From a virus: a DNA stretch of 64,000 bases. The number at the start of each line of letters is the position of its first letter. Positions within the stretch are counted from its first letter, which is position 1. The position numbers and the translations under genes are program-made. The notes under the pieces are model-generated. The model did no database searches and had not been told where the DNA came from. It worked only from the letters and a program-made list of their open reading frames with translations. Location: IMG/VR virus record IMGVR_UViG_3300021961_000025. One strand, 5' to 3'. This document shows, piece after piece, positions 1 to 7,629 of this stretch.

Positions 1-2
1 TT

Positions 3-236
3 GACTTTAAAACTTCTTCAAAACCAAAAACGAGGGAGATGATTGCGAACTACTTTATGCAAACATCTGCTTATGCTGTTTGTTTTGAAGAATTATTTGG
101 AAGACCCATTGAAAGAATGTTAATTATTATGTCTGTCAAAGATCAAGGCATTGACATCTTTGAGGGTAAGCGAGATGACTATATCGATGGCTTTAAAAAG
201 CTGAGAATTGAATATAAACAATGGAAGGGAATATAA
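3..236 (+). CDS. PD-(D/E)XK / Cas4-like phage exonuclease, 3' part (5' end outside window)
   Basis: Frame is open from position 3: DFKTSSKPK...YFMQTSAYAVCFEE, matching the DFKT and QxxAY motifs of T4-like Cas4-type exonucleases. Confidence 0.75.
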   Translation, partial: DFKTSSKPKTREMIANYFMQTSAYAVCFEELFGRPIERMLIIMSVKDQGIDIFEGKRDDYIDGFKKLRIEYKQWKGI

Positions 237-237
237 G

Positions 238-759
238 ATGAAACTACAAGATGTTTTATTCTACATGCGAGAGCGTGATGAATCGATCGGTGGAGACAAT
301 CCTTACAAGTGGGTTTATAAGCATACAAATGATTTGTTTGCGAATAAGAAAGTTGTAATTTTTGGTCTTCCTGGAGCATTCACACCTACCTGTTCCAACT
401 CACAACTACCTGAATATGAACAACGTCATCAAGAGTTTAAAGATCTTGGTGTTGACGAAGTTTGGTGTACGTCTGTTAATGATGCGTTTGTAATGCATCA
501 ATGGGCGAAGTCACAAAACCTTGTTCATACAAAGTTGTTGCCTGATGGAAATGGAGACTTTGCGAAGTCTATGGGTATGCTAGTAGATAAACGTAATCTT
601 GGATTCGGACATCGTAGCTGGAGATATTCTATGTTGGTTGACAACATGGAAGTCAAAGCGATTTTCAAAGAACCAGATCTAATGGATAACTGTCCATACG
701 ATCCATTCTTTGTATCAGATGCTGACCAAATGATTGCGCATTTAAAAACAGTATGCTAA
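238..759 (+). CDS. Peroxiredoxin, Prx5/redoxin family
   Basis: FGLPGAFTPTCS peroxidatic-Cys motif, SVNDAFVM, DGNGDF, RSWRYSM; start moved to ATG 238 after the exonuclease stop. Confidence 0.92.
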   Translation: MKLQDVLFYMRERDESIGGDNPYKWVYKHTNDLFANKKVVIFGLPGAFTPTCSNSQLPEYEQRHQEFKDLGVDEVWCTSVNDAFVMHQWAKSQNLVHTKLLPDGNGDFAKSMGMLVDKRNLGFGHRSWRYSMLVDNMEVKAIFKEPDLMDNCPYDPFFVSDADQMIAHLKTVC

Positions 760-2033
760 ACAACGAACTAAAACCTTTTAGTCTTGGTGAGAGCAATAAG
801 AAAGTTATTGCTACATACGATTATTGGATTGAATACGAGGGAGGTTCTAAATCCCTCGAAATTCAATCTGGTAATGCTGCATTTACTTTAGGGTATAATC
901 ATAATAAACTAAAACAACACATCTTTGACAATAAGGTTGATTTTGTTCGAGGTAATACTGGAGAGTCTTCTGAATTAGTAGATTCTCTTTCAGATTTATT
1001 ATGCAATATTTCTAATATGAAATCTATTGCTTATGCTGTAAGTGGTAGTGATGCTAACGAATCAGCAATTAATGCTGTGGATCGTTACTGGACTTCTAAA
1101 GGTGCACATCGTCCATACATTATATCAATTGCTCCTTGTTATCACGGAACAACGTATACCACAAAGACATTATCAACAGAATTAGAAAGACCAAACTATA
1201 GTGGATGGTCTGAGTTTAATAGAACAAGAGTTATTCTTGGTAAACGTTGGGAGGATGTTAAAGACCAACGTGCAAACGAATTATATAAGATAGCCAAACT
1301 TAAAGAGTATCTACAAACACACAGTAAAGAGACAGGTGCGATTATATTAGAATCGATACCTTGGAATGATCAAATTGCTCCCTACAGTAAAGAGTTTTGG
1401 CTAGACATTGAAGCACTTGTAGACGAATACGATATTCTTTTTATATTGGATGATGTAGCTGGATGTTTCGGTAAGAACGAAAGACTATTTACACATCAGT
1501 ATTTGTCTATTCGACCAGATATTATTACCATTGGTAAATCACTTACGAATGGTTATGTTCCTTTAAGTGCTAGTTTACATAATGATAAAGTTTCAAGTAT
1601 GATTGCTAGTAAGACATGGGAACACGGACATACGTGGCAACCTACAATGAATGGTGTAGTTGCTGCACATATTTGTTTGATGGAACATATTCAACACATT
1701 GAAGATAACAAACATAAGTATATTGGCGAACAGTTAGATGCATTAGGTAATGAGTTAGTACAAAAAGGTTTATCCGATGGATTCGTAAGACAAGGATCTT
1801 TTATGGGTATTAATACCTTTGGTATTGACGTAAGTTTAGCTAAACTATCAAATGCTGGTCTTGCAGCAACAACTGCAGCAGATCAAATAAAATTGGTAGT
1901 ACCAACTATTGCCAATGATAACTATTTTACAGAATTAAAAACCAGAGTTTATAATTTACTAGATGATGTTTATGCTTCTAAAAGAGCAATGGAAGAAACA
2001 CTCAAAGGTTATATGAACTCAACGAGAGTATAG
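753..2033 (+). CDS. Class-III PLP-dependent aminotransferase (BioA/ArgD-like fold)
   Basis: SGSDANESA, YHGTT, LFILDDVAGCFG, PDIITIGKSLTNGYVPLSA (PLP lysine), HGHTW. Confidence 0.88.
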   Translation: MLNNELKPFSLGESNKKVIATYDYWIEYEGGSKSLEIQSGNAAFTLGYNHNKLKQHIFDNKVDFVRGNTGESSELVDSLSDLLCNISNMKSIAYAVSGSDANESAINAVDRYWTSKGAHRPYIISIAPCYHGTTYTTKTLSTELERPNYSGWSEFNRTRVILGKRWEDVKDQRANELYKIAKLKEYLQTHSKETGAIILESIPWNDQIAPYSKEFWLDIEALVDEYDILFILDDVAGCFGKNERLFTHQYLSIRPDIITIGKSLTNGYVPLSASLHNDKVSSMIASKTWEHGHTWQPTMNGVVAAHICLMEHIQHIEDNKHKYIGEQLDALGNELVQKGLSDGFVRQGSFMGINTFGIDVSLAKLSNAGLAATTAADQIKLVVPTIANDNYFTELKTRVYNLLDDVYASKRAMEETLKGYMNSTRV

Positions 2034-2041
2034 GAGATACA

Positions 2042-2530
2042 ATGACAGATAATGTAAATATCAAAGAACAAGAAGTGGAATCGTTTGATCCATGGTATAT
2101 TAATTATTCCGTAGGAATCCCAACCTTTGCACATAAATTAAAAGATAGATTAATTGCATTTGAAAACTATGATCATGCAAATGAGATTGGTTTGGTAACT
2201 GCAGTTTGTAATCATCAAATTGAGATGATGCACGATATCACACAAGATTACTTTGATGACTCATTAGTAGAAGAACGTGATACAGTAATGACTATTATCT
2301 CAGAAACTATTCCTGCATTAATGAAAAACGATATGCATGGATTTGTTTCAGGCACACCACAAGAACTAAGAATTAGATATGCTTGTGCTTTATGTTTTAA
2401 TAAAGCAGATATGCTAGACAGTCAATTCCTAGAACAATTAAATAGAGTGTCAGAAGAGTCCCTCGGACACGTGTCAAAAGAGATTGATGAAATTGTTGCT
2501 GTGACTACTACTATTATCAAGTTAGCATAA
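2042..2530 (+). CDS. Divergent AhpD-like (alkylhydroperoxidase/CMD fold) protein
   Basis: IPTFAHKLKDRL resembles the AhpD N-terminal IPDYAKDIKLNL; EERD helix; CALC (CxxC); SD AGGAG; near a peroxiredoxin. Remote resemblance only. Confidence 0.45.
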   Translation: MTDNVNIKEQEVESFDPWYINYSVGIPTFAHKLKDRLIAFENYDHANEIGLVTAVCNHQIEMMHDITQDYFDDSLVEERDTVMTIISETIPALMKNDMHGFVSGTPQELRIRYACALCFNKADMLDSQFLEQLNRVSEESLGHVSKEIDEIVAVTTTIIKLA

Positions 2531-2534
2531 TTGT

Positions 2535-2672
2535 GTGGAGAAAGAGATACAAGAGTTTCTATCATATTGGGAAAGACGTGGAATTAAACTTCCTAATCCA
2601 GAAATGTATCCTAAGTGTTTTGAATATTACGTTAAGATTTACAAGTATTACAAGAGCAGAGGAACTGCCTGA
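2535..2672 (+). CDS. Small hypothetical protein, 45 aa (MEKEIQEFLSYWERRGIKLPNPEMYPKCFEYYVKIYKYYKSRGTA); absent from ORF track
   Basis: Manual translation GTG to TGA; fills the intergenic gap; LPNPExYPxxFxYYVK resembles small proteins of T4-like phages. Confidence 0.65.
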   Translation: MEKEIQEFLSYWERRGIKLPNPEMYPKCFEYYVKIYKYYKSRGTA

Positions 2673-2706
2673 TTTACTTGCAAGAAATTAAAGAATATAC
2701 TAAATA
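2673..2706 (+). promoter_or_regulatory. Overlapping sigma70-like promoter (TTTACT-17-TATACT) and late promoter (CTAAATA 2700-2706) upstream of tmRNA
   Basis: -35 at 2673-2678, -10 at 2696-2701, late box overlapping the -10. Confidence 0.6.
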
Positions 2707-2710
2707 ATAT

Positions 2711-2947
2711 GCTTGAGTTGATGACTCTGCTTGGAAGATACTTGGACGTGGGTGCGATTCCCACCACCTCCACCATAAACACATTTACTGAGTGTGCTTA
2801 TGATGGGGGTGATTTTAGGTTCGACAGGTTTACGAAGATCAGACGAGATGACAGCAAAACACAAACGCAAACGAAAACTTTGCACTTGCTGCCTAATTTA
2901 GGCTGACGGAGTTTCGGTAGGTTTCTTGGCAACAGAATAACCTACCA
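2711..2947 (+). ncRNA. ssrA: Circularly permuted (two-piece) tmRNA: acceptor piece ~2711-2775, intervening segment 2776-2804, coding piece 2805-~2947, tag ANENFALAA
   Basis: T-arm GTGGG-TGCGATT-CCCAC, then CACCTCC-A-CCA (ends 2775), precedes the 5' end GGGGGTG (2805); 7-bp acceptor stem with G3.U70; tag ORF GCA AAC GAA AAC TTT GCA CTT GCT GCC TAA at 2867-2896; terminal hairpin GGTAGGTT/AACCTACC. Confidence 0.95.
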
Positions 2948-2975
2948 CTTTATTAACTTTTATAATAGGAGAACG

Positions 2976-3275
2976 ATGAGACCAAATAATAGAAACTTTC
3001 GAGGTGGAAACAAATTCGGCAACAAACATTTCGACAACAAGAGAAATAGCCGACCAGAAAGACCGAGAGAGCAAGGACTCATGGTTTATGTTGAAGATAA
3101 TAACATTGAAAAAGCGATCCGTAAATTAAGACGTAAAGTAGATCGTTCAGGTTTGATGCGTGATATTAGAGAAAAACAATATTATTCTAAACCTAGCGAA
3201 ATACGTAAAGAGGCAAAGAAACAAGCCATCAAACGTTTTAAGAAAAACCAAAAACTTAGAGAAGAATTGAGATAA
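2976..3275 (+). CDS. rpsU: Ribosomal protein bS21 with N-terminal extension
   Basis: VYVEDNNIEKAIRKLRRKVDRSGLMRDIREKQYYSKPSEIRK is the bS21 signature; SD AGGAG. Confidence 0.92.
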   Translation: MRPNNRNFRGGNKFGNKHFDNKRNSRPERPREQGLMVYVEDNNIEKAIRKLRRKVDRSGLMRDIREKQYYSKPSEIRKEAKKQAIKRFKKNQKLREELR

Positions 3276-3281
3276 GAAATT

Positions 3282-3575
3282 ATGGCAGACAAAGACAAAC
3301 AGGTAGATGTTTCTCAGCTGAAATTCAATAAAGATATGAATCTTGGTAAGAAAGATCCTAAGAAATACTCCCCTACTGCTATTATGCGTCCTAAAACTAG
3401 AACGTATCCTGTTGAAGAAATTTTCTTTGACATTGAGGGAGATCCTGAACACGTCATTATGAAAATTCCTGAAGCGATTGCAGAAGATGCAGATTGGAAA
3501 GAGGGTGATACTATCTCTCTAACCATGTTGCCTGATCGTCAAGGATTTGTAATGAAGAAGATAAAGGTAAAGTAG
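3282..3575 (+). CDS. AbrB/MazE-like swapped-hairpin DNA-binding protein
   Basis: VIMKIPEAIAEDADWKEGDTISL matches the IPxxIxxxxxWxEGDx pattern. Confidence 0.65.
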   Translation: MADKDKQVDVSQLKFNKDMNLGKKDPKKYSPTAIMRPKTRTYPVEEIFFDIEGDPEHVIMKIPEAIAEDADWKEGDTISLTMLPDRQGFVMKKIKVK

Positions 3576-3655
3576 AAAAGAAGTGACAGCCACCTCTACT
3601 ATGCGAATAAAAAGAAACAAGTTGAAGCAATTGACCAACACAGAAAGGAAACTGT

Positions 3656-4249
3656 ATGTGGAAAACGAGAACTTTAATAATGCCTTTGATAGCGACAGTA
3701 ATATTATCGATGGTTTTATATTATCCACCAAATCAAGCGAGTGCGGACACCAATCCCGATCTTGATCTAGTCTATCCCAAGTATAAAAAGAATGTAAGTG
3801 CTTGGACTTATGAAGATGTAGAATGTTTAGCAAAAAACATCTACTTTGAATCTGGTACTGAATCCATGACAGGAAAGATAGCTGTCGGATTAGTTACTTT
3901 AAATAGAGTCAACGACTCACGATTCCCCAATAGCGTATGCGAAGTCATTTACCAAGGACCAACCAGTAAATGGCATAAAGAAAATTCTGGTAAGATCGTA
4001 CCTATCAAAAACAAATGCCAATTCAGTTGGTATTGTGATGGTAAGTCCGATGAAATATCAGAACGAACTCGTATGTCTTATAATTTTCAACAAAGTTTAG
4101 ATGCTGCCTATAAGGTGCTGTCTGGATACTACTCTGGTATGGTTGAGGGTGCTACGCACTATCACGCAGACTATGTTAAACCTTATTGGAGAACAGAATT
4201 AACGTATGTAGCTAAGATTGATAGGCATATTTTCTATCGACACGACTAA
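3656..4249 (+). CDS. SleB-like cell wall hydrolase (Hydrolase_2) with N-terminal hydrophobic signal/anchor
   Basis: CLAKNIYFES, AVGLVTLNRV, FPNSVCEVIYQG, CQFSWYCDG, GATHYHADYVKPYW, IDRHIFY. Confidence 0.92.
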   Translation: MWKTRTLIMPLIATVILSMVLYYPPNQASADTNPDLDLVYPKYKKNVSAWTYEDVECLAKNIYFESGTESMTGKIAVGLVTLNRVNDSRFPNSVCEVIYQGPTSKWHKENSGKIVPIKNKCQFSWYCDGKSDEISERTRMSYNFQQSLDAAYKVLSGYYSGMVEGATHYHADYVKPYWRTELTYVAKIDRHIFYRHD

Positions 4250-4270
4250 AAAAGACTAAAAAACTTGCAG

Positions 4271-4297
4271 AAAACCCTCTTTTTTGGAGGGTTTTTT
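4271..4297 (+). terminator. Rho-independent terminator
   Basis: AAAACCCTC-loop-GAGGGTTTTTT hairpin with T tail after the hydrolase gene. Confidence 0.8.
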
Positions 4298-4371
4298 GTT
4301 ATTATTTTATAAAACGTTGATTTTACAGGGTTTTTTTCTGAAAAAAAGATGAAAAAAGTTGAAGAAAAGTG

Positions 4372-4400
4372 TTGACTTTTATGTTGACTTGTAGTATAAT
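4372..4400 (+). promoter_or_regulatory. Early sigma70-type promoter with upstream A-tracts
   Basis: TTGACT-17-TATAAT; A-tracts at roughly 10-bp spacing in 4341-4368. Confidence 0.88.
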
Positions 4401-4451
4401 AGTCGGTGTTAGGGTTGAAGAATTCCTAATTAACACATAACAAAAGGATAT

Positions 4452-4685
4452 ATGATGATAAACGTGAAAAAGAAAATTGAAAAGTTGTTGAATCAAGGAT
4501 ACGATTCCTTTGAGATCGCAGAGAAAATGTCGATCGATGTTAACGAAGTAGAAAAGCTGATTGCTGATATCTATGATGCTAATGATGAAGCACCGATTCT
4601 TGCCTATGAAGAAGACGATACTTCTATAAACGATATACTTTACGAAAACGGATTTGATCTACCGAACAACTCATACTATGAATAG
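4452..4685 (+). CDS. Small HTH-like early protein with acidic tail
   Basis: IEKLLNQGYDSFEIAEKMSIDVNEVEK resembles a helix-turn-helix; SD AAGGA. Confidence 0.55.
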   Translation: MMINVKKKIEKLLNQGYDSFEIAEKMSIDVNEVEKLIADIYDANDEAPILAYEEDDTSINDILYENGFDLPNNSYYE

Positions 4686-4965
4686 ACTAATAGCTGTGAA
4701 GAATTGGGTAGTTTCGGACTTCAGAGCCTACCCACTAAGATTTACATTAGAAGTTCTAGCATGGGCATGTTCTATAGGTGTATCAATTGGAATGGCAGTA
4801 ACAGTTCCAAACCCTCCTCTAATTATATTTTATCCTATCTGGATCGTAAGCTGTGCTACGTATGCATGGTGTGCCTATACACGTAAATCTTTTGGACTCC
4901 TAGCAAACTATATCTTTCTAACAGGGATTGATATGGTAGGGTTAACAAGGTTAATTTTAGCATAA
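4678..4965 (+). CDS. Hypothetical multi-pass membrane protein
   Basis: About three hydrophobic segments; likely start ATG 4678 overlapping the upstream gene end. Confidence 0.6.
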   Translation: MNRLIAVKNWVVSDFRAYPLRFTLEVLAWACSIGVSIGMAVTVPNPPLIIFYPIWIVSCATYAWCAYTRKSFGLLANYIFLTGIDMVGLTRLILA

Positions 4966-4973
4966 AATAAGTG

Positions 4974-5002
4974 TTGACTTTTGCAAAAAAGTGTAGTATA
5001 AT
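4974..5002 (+). promoter_or_regulatory. Early sigma70-type promoter
   Basis: TTGACT-17-TATAAT. Confidence 0.88.
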
Positions 5003-5008
5003 AGTAGT

Positions 5009-5551
5009 ATGAAAATTGAAAATGAGGTTTATATGATGGACTTGACTACTTATATCGCAGAACAAAATGCAAAGACTCAAGCATGGATCGATGAAGATCC
5101 TGCTAATCGTTGGGCAAGTATGATCATTACAGATATACAATTCTGGAATGATCAAGGTATCTACACTGTTGAAGATATGAAACGTCACGATTTAGAAACA
5201 TACATTTGGGATGCTTACAAAGATGCTAATGGCATTCGTCCTCGTTTTATGAATTTCTCTGCTATGTCTACAGAAGAGTTGCAAGCTGAAGCAGACTATC
5301 TTTCAAATCAAATCAAAAAACAAATCGAAGAAGAAAAGAAAGAACAATCTCTTGCAAAAGAGCAGTTCGAAGAACACATTAACTGTATGATTACTAATCA
5401 TAACGTAGATGAGAAAACTGCTATTCGTTGGGATATGCAAGCTGAGAACACTGATCCAGTTAACGAACAAGACGTTGAACACTATTACTGGAACAAAGGA
5501 TTGTCCATGGAAGAGATTCGATCTTACATGGCTAAATATAAATACATATGA
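5009..5551 (+). CDS. Hypothetical early phage protein
   Basis: 180-aa ORF with YIWDAYKDANGIRPRF motif; the true start may be 5033 (SD GAGG). Confidence 0.7.
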   Translation: MKIENEVYMMDLTTYIAEQNAKTQAWIDEDPANRWASMIITDIQFWNDQGIYTVEDMKRHDLETYIWDAYKDANGIRPRFMNFSAMSTEELQAEADYLSNQIKKQIEEEKKEQSLAKEQFEEHINCMITNHNVDEKTAIRWDMQAENTDPVNEQDVEHYYWNKGLSMEEIRSYMAKYKYI

Positions 5552-5781
5552 AAATAAAATATACGTTTTTTATACTATTAATCGGCATTGGACTTTACAT
5601 AGTTTGCGATTGGTATAAATACAAAAAAGCAAGACTGTTCTACTACGACAAAACCGATTGTTTAGTATCAGCTAAATATAAAGACGTACCACTTGAGCAA
5701 GGATGGGGAGTTTACATTTGCAAACGTGGTGATGAAGTAAAAACAGAAATTTTAATGGATCCAGCTAAATTAGAGAGGTAA
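5548..5781 (+). CDS. Hypothetical protein with N-terminal membrane anchor
   Basis: ATGA overlap with upstream stop; FFILLIGIGLYIVC. Confidence 0.6.
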   Translation: MKIKYTFFILLIGIGLYIVCDWYKYKKARLFYYDKTDCLVSAKYKDVPLEQGWGVYICKRGDEVKTEILMDPAKLER

Positions 5782-5787
5782 TAATCT

Positions 5788-6222
5788 ATGGAAGAAGAAA
5801 TGAAGACTATGGTTGAAACGACTACAATTGTAGAGAATGACGAAGTTGAAACAACCGAACCTGTAAGAAACTTGTATCGTTATACATTTATTCTAAAAGG
5901 TAAAAAGACTTGGACTACTGACGCAGAGTCAGAAGAAGAGGCAAAACAAAGATTCGAAGAAGATACTTTTATCAATGGTAATCCGATTATCGATATTATT
6001 GAAAACGAACTTCCTGTTCCAGAACCAGTTGATCTTGGTTACAGAGAAATGAAATCTACTAAGGTAATCTTAGAAAAAGGTGAAGAATATCTAACCGATC
6101 AGAAAGCACAATTTGCTAAAATGTTTGCTGAAGCATCTAAACAAAAGGTTGATGGTGCGACAGAGAACGTTGCTGTAGAGATCGAAACTGCTGTAAAGAA
6201 AACAACAAAAAAGAAAAAATAG
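5788..6222 (+). CDS. Hypothetical acidic protein with lysine-rich tail
   Basis: SD GAGG, tight gene packing. Confidence 0.65.
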   Translation: MEEEMKTMVETTTIVENDEVETTEPVRNLYRYTFILKGKKTWTTDAESEEEAKQRFEEDTFINGNPIIDIIENELPVPEPVDLGYREMKSTKVILEKGEEYLTDQKAQFAKMFAEASKQKVDGATENVAVEIETAVKKTTKKKK

Positions 6223-6225
6223 TTG

Positions 6226-6254
6226 TTGACTTTTGAGTGAACCTGTAGTATAAT
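6226..6254 (+). promoter_or_regulatory. Early sigma70-type promoter
   Basis: TTGACT-17-TATAAT. Confidence 0.88.
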
Positions 6255-6267
6255 AGGTTTTTAGATT

Positions 6268-6492
6268 ATGGAGAATATTATGTTTAAACTAGCTTACTGT
6301 GACTATATTGCTGCTACGATTAGTAAGGCTCTACTTGGTGAAGCAAAACAAGTAACATCGCTTATTAAGAGTGCATCACATCCTCAAATGGATTTACATC
6401 CAGATGAAGGGTACTTCCTTTCTACCAAAAAGACCATTGAAGTCGAAGACGTCCATGGTAAACAATATCGTGTTACGGTAGAGGAACTATAA
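6268..6492 (+). CDS. Hypothetical protein
   Basis: ORF directly after the promoter; SD GGAG before the internal Met at 6280. Confidence 0.65.
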   Translation: MENIMFKLAYCDYIAATISKALLGEAKQVTSLIKSASHPQMDLHPDEGYFLSTKKTIEVEDVHGKQYRVTVEEL

Positions 6493-6493
6493 T

Positions 6494-6877
6494 ATGGGAC
6501 TAATGCCTGCATGGTTTTCGACTACCAACAATGGTCGTAAAAAAGTGAAAATCAAGAAAAAACCTGGATGGGAAAAACGACAAGCAGAACACGATGCTTG
6601 GCTACGAAAACACAATGCTCATCCTGATCAGTTAAAAGGCAAAGAACTAAGGGGAGTGGTAACACTTCCATGGGAGGCAAGTGGGTATGTCGTACGAGAG
6701 ACACCTCACTATCCTAGTCGATCAACAGGTGGGTTTGCACCTTGTACAAAAAAAGAACCAATGGTTTACAGTGGCGAACGAAAACTACTTGGTATAGCTA
6801 CAATGCATAAGTCGAATATGGTTCCAGTTTTTGAGGAGCAGGATGCAAAAGACATCGCTAGAATGCGAAGAGGTTAA
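6494..6877 (+). CDS. Hypothetical basic protein of T4-like phages
   Basis: YSGERKLLGIATMHKSNMVPVF motif; SD GAGG. Confidence 0.7.
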   Translation: MGLMPAWFSTTNNGRKKVKIKKKPGWEKRQAEHDAWLRKHNAHPDQLKGKELRGVVTLPWEASGYVVRETPHYPSRSTGGFAPCTKKEPMVYSGERKLLGIATMHKSNMVPVFEEQDAKDIARMRRG

Positions 6878-6881
6878 ACAT

Positions 6882-7070
6882 ATGTTTATAGACATGGGAT
6901 ATGTTGCAGTATTTTTTGCATCACTCATTGGCTACTTGGGTTATCTAATGGGTAAATGGAAATACAGAGATCTAGTCGAAACAGTCGTCAATCAATTAAT
7001 TGAAGATGGCTATCTTAAGTTAGATGAACAGACAGACGAACTGATTCCGTGGAAAGAGTGGAAAAAATAA
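6882..7070 (+). CDS. Small membrane-anchored hypothetical protein
   Basis: SD GAGG before ATG 6882; TM segment followed by LIEDGYLK. Confidence 0.6.
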   Translation: MFIDMGYVAVFFASLIGYLGYLMGKWKYRDLVETVVNQLIEDGYLKLDEQTDELIPWKEWKK

Positions 7071-7071
7071 G

Positions 7072-7100
7072 TTGACTTTCAAGACAAAATAGAGTATAAT
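7072..7100 (+). promoter_or_regulatory. Early sigma70-type promoter
   Basis: TTGACT-17-TATAAT. Confidence 0.88.
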
Positions 7101-7111
7101 ATATTATAACA

Positions 7112-7402
7112 ATGGAGAAAAATATGATGGTTGAGTTGAGTAAGATCCAAAGCGAATTGCCAATGCTTTCGCTACAGCGTGATGTGAAAAAGATTAACGA
7201 GTACAAGACGTTCTTGACAACTCAGCGTGAGAAACTTGATCGTTGGTTTGACAAGTATCTTGATATGTTCGATAAAGATATGAAACCAGAAGAAGGAACT
7301 ACTCCTGTCTGGAATATGTATCGTAAGAAGTATAAAGAGTATGAGAGCATTGATTATATGATTAAGACAACTGAGTTTTATCTCTCGAAAGCACGAGTAT
7401 GA
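7112..7402 (+). CDS. Hypothetical protein
   Basis: ORF after promoter, overlapping the gp33 start (ATGA). Confidence 0.65.
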   Translation: MEKNMMVELSKIQSELPMLSLQRDVKKINEYKTFLTTQREKLDRWFDKYLDMFDKDMKPEEGTTPVWNMYRKKYKEYESIDYMIKTTEFYLSKARV

Positions 7403-7629
7403 TTTTTAAAGATGCTCAAAACTTTGCAATGTATATCGAAAAGGAAGTTATCAACAAAGGTAAGAATGGTGGCTTTACTCATTTAGATGCAATCATTGCG
7501 TACTGTGAAGTAAATTTTATCGAACCCTCTGATATCAAACATCTAATCAAAGGACCACTTAAAGAGAAATTAGAAGTTTGTTATCAGGACTTGAACTACT
7601 TACCTAAAACAGCTAAGCTGGATATGTAA
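7399..7629 (+). CDS. gp33: Late transcription coactivator gp33
   Basis: FAMYIE...DAIIAYCE...I...LKEKLE...LNYLPK; gp33-gp59-gp32 synteny. Confidence 0.88.
   Translation: MIFKDAQNFAMYIEKEVINKGKNGGFTHLDAIIAYCEVNFIEPSDIKHLIKGPLKEKLEVCYQDLNYLPKTAKLDM

Noticed and set aside
1-236. Cas4-like gene as a sign of a CRISPR system
   Set aside because: No repeat-spacer array or other cas gene seen; solo Cas4-like exonucleases are common in T4-like phages
2741-2775. Possible tRNA gene or attP-like tRNA fragment
   Set aside because: No anticodon arm; it pairs with the downstream GGGGGTG and a tag ORF follows, so it is the tmRNA acceptor piece
2700-2906. ORFs 2709-2906 (+) and 2700-2885 (-)
   Set aside because: Shadows of the tmRNA gene; GGGGNRTHVQ is the typical antisense translation of a T-arm/acceptor stem
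3583-3765. 60-aa ORF overlapping the SleB-like gene
   Set aside because: Out-of-frame overlap with a well-supported gene and no recognisable motif
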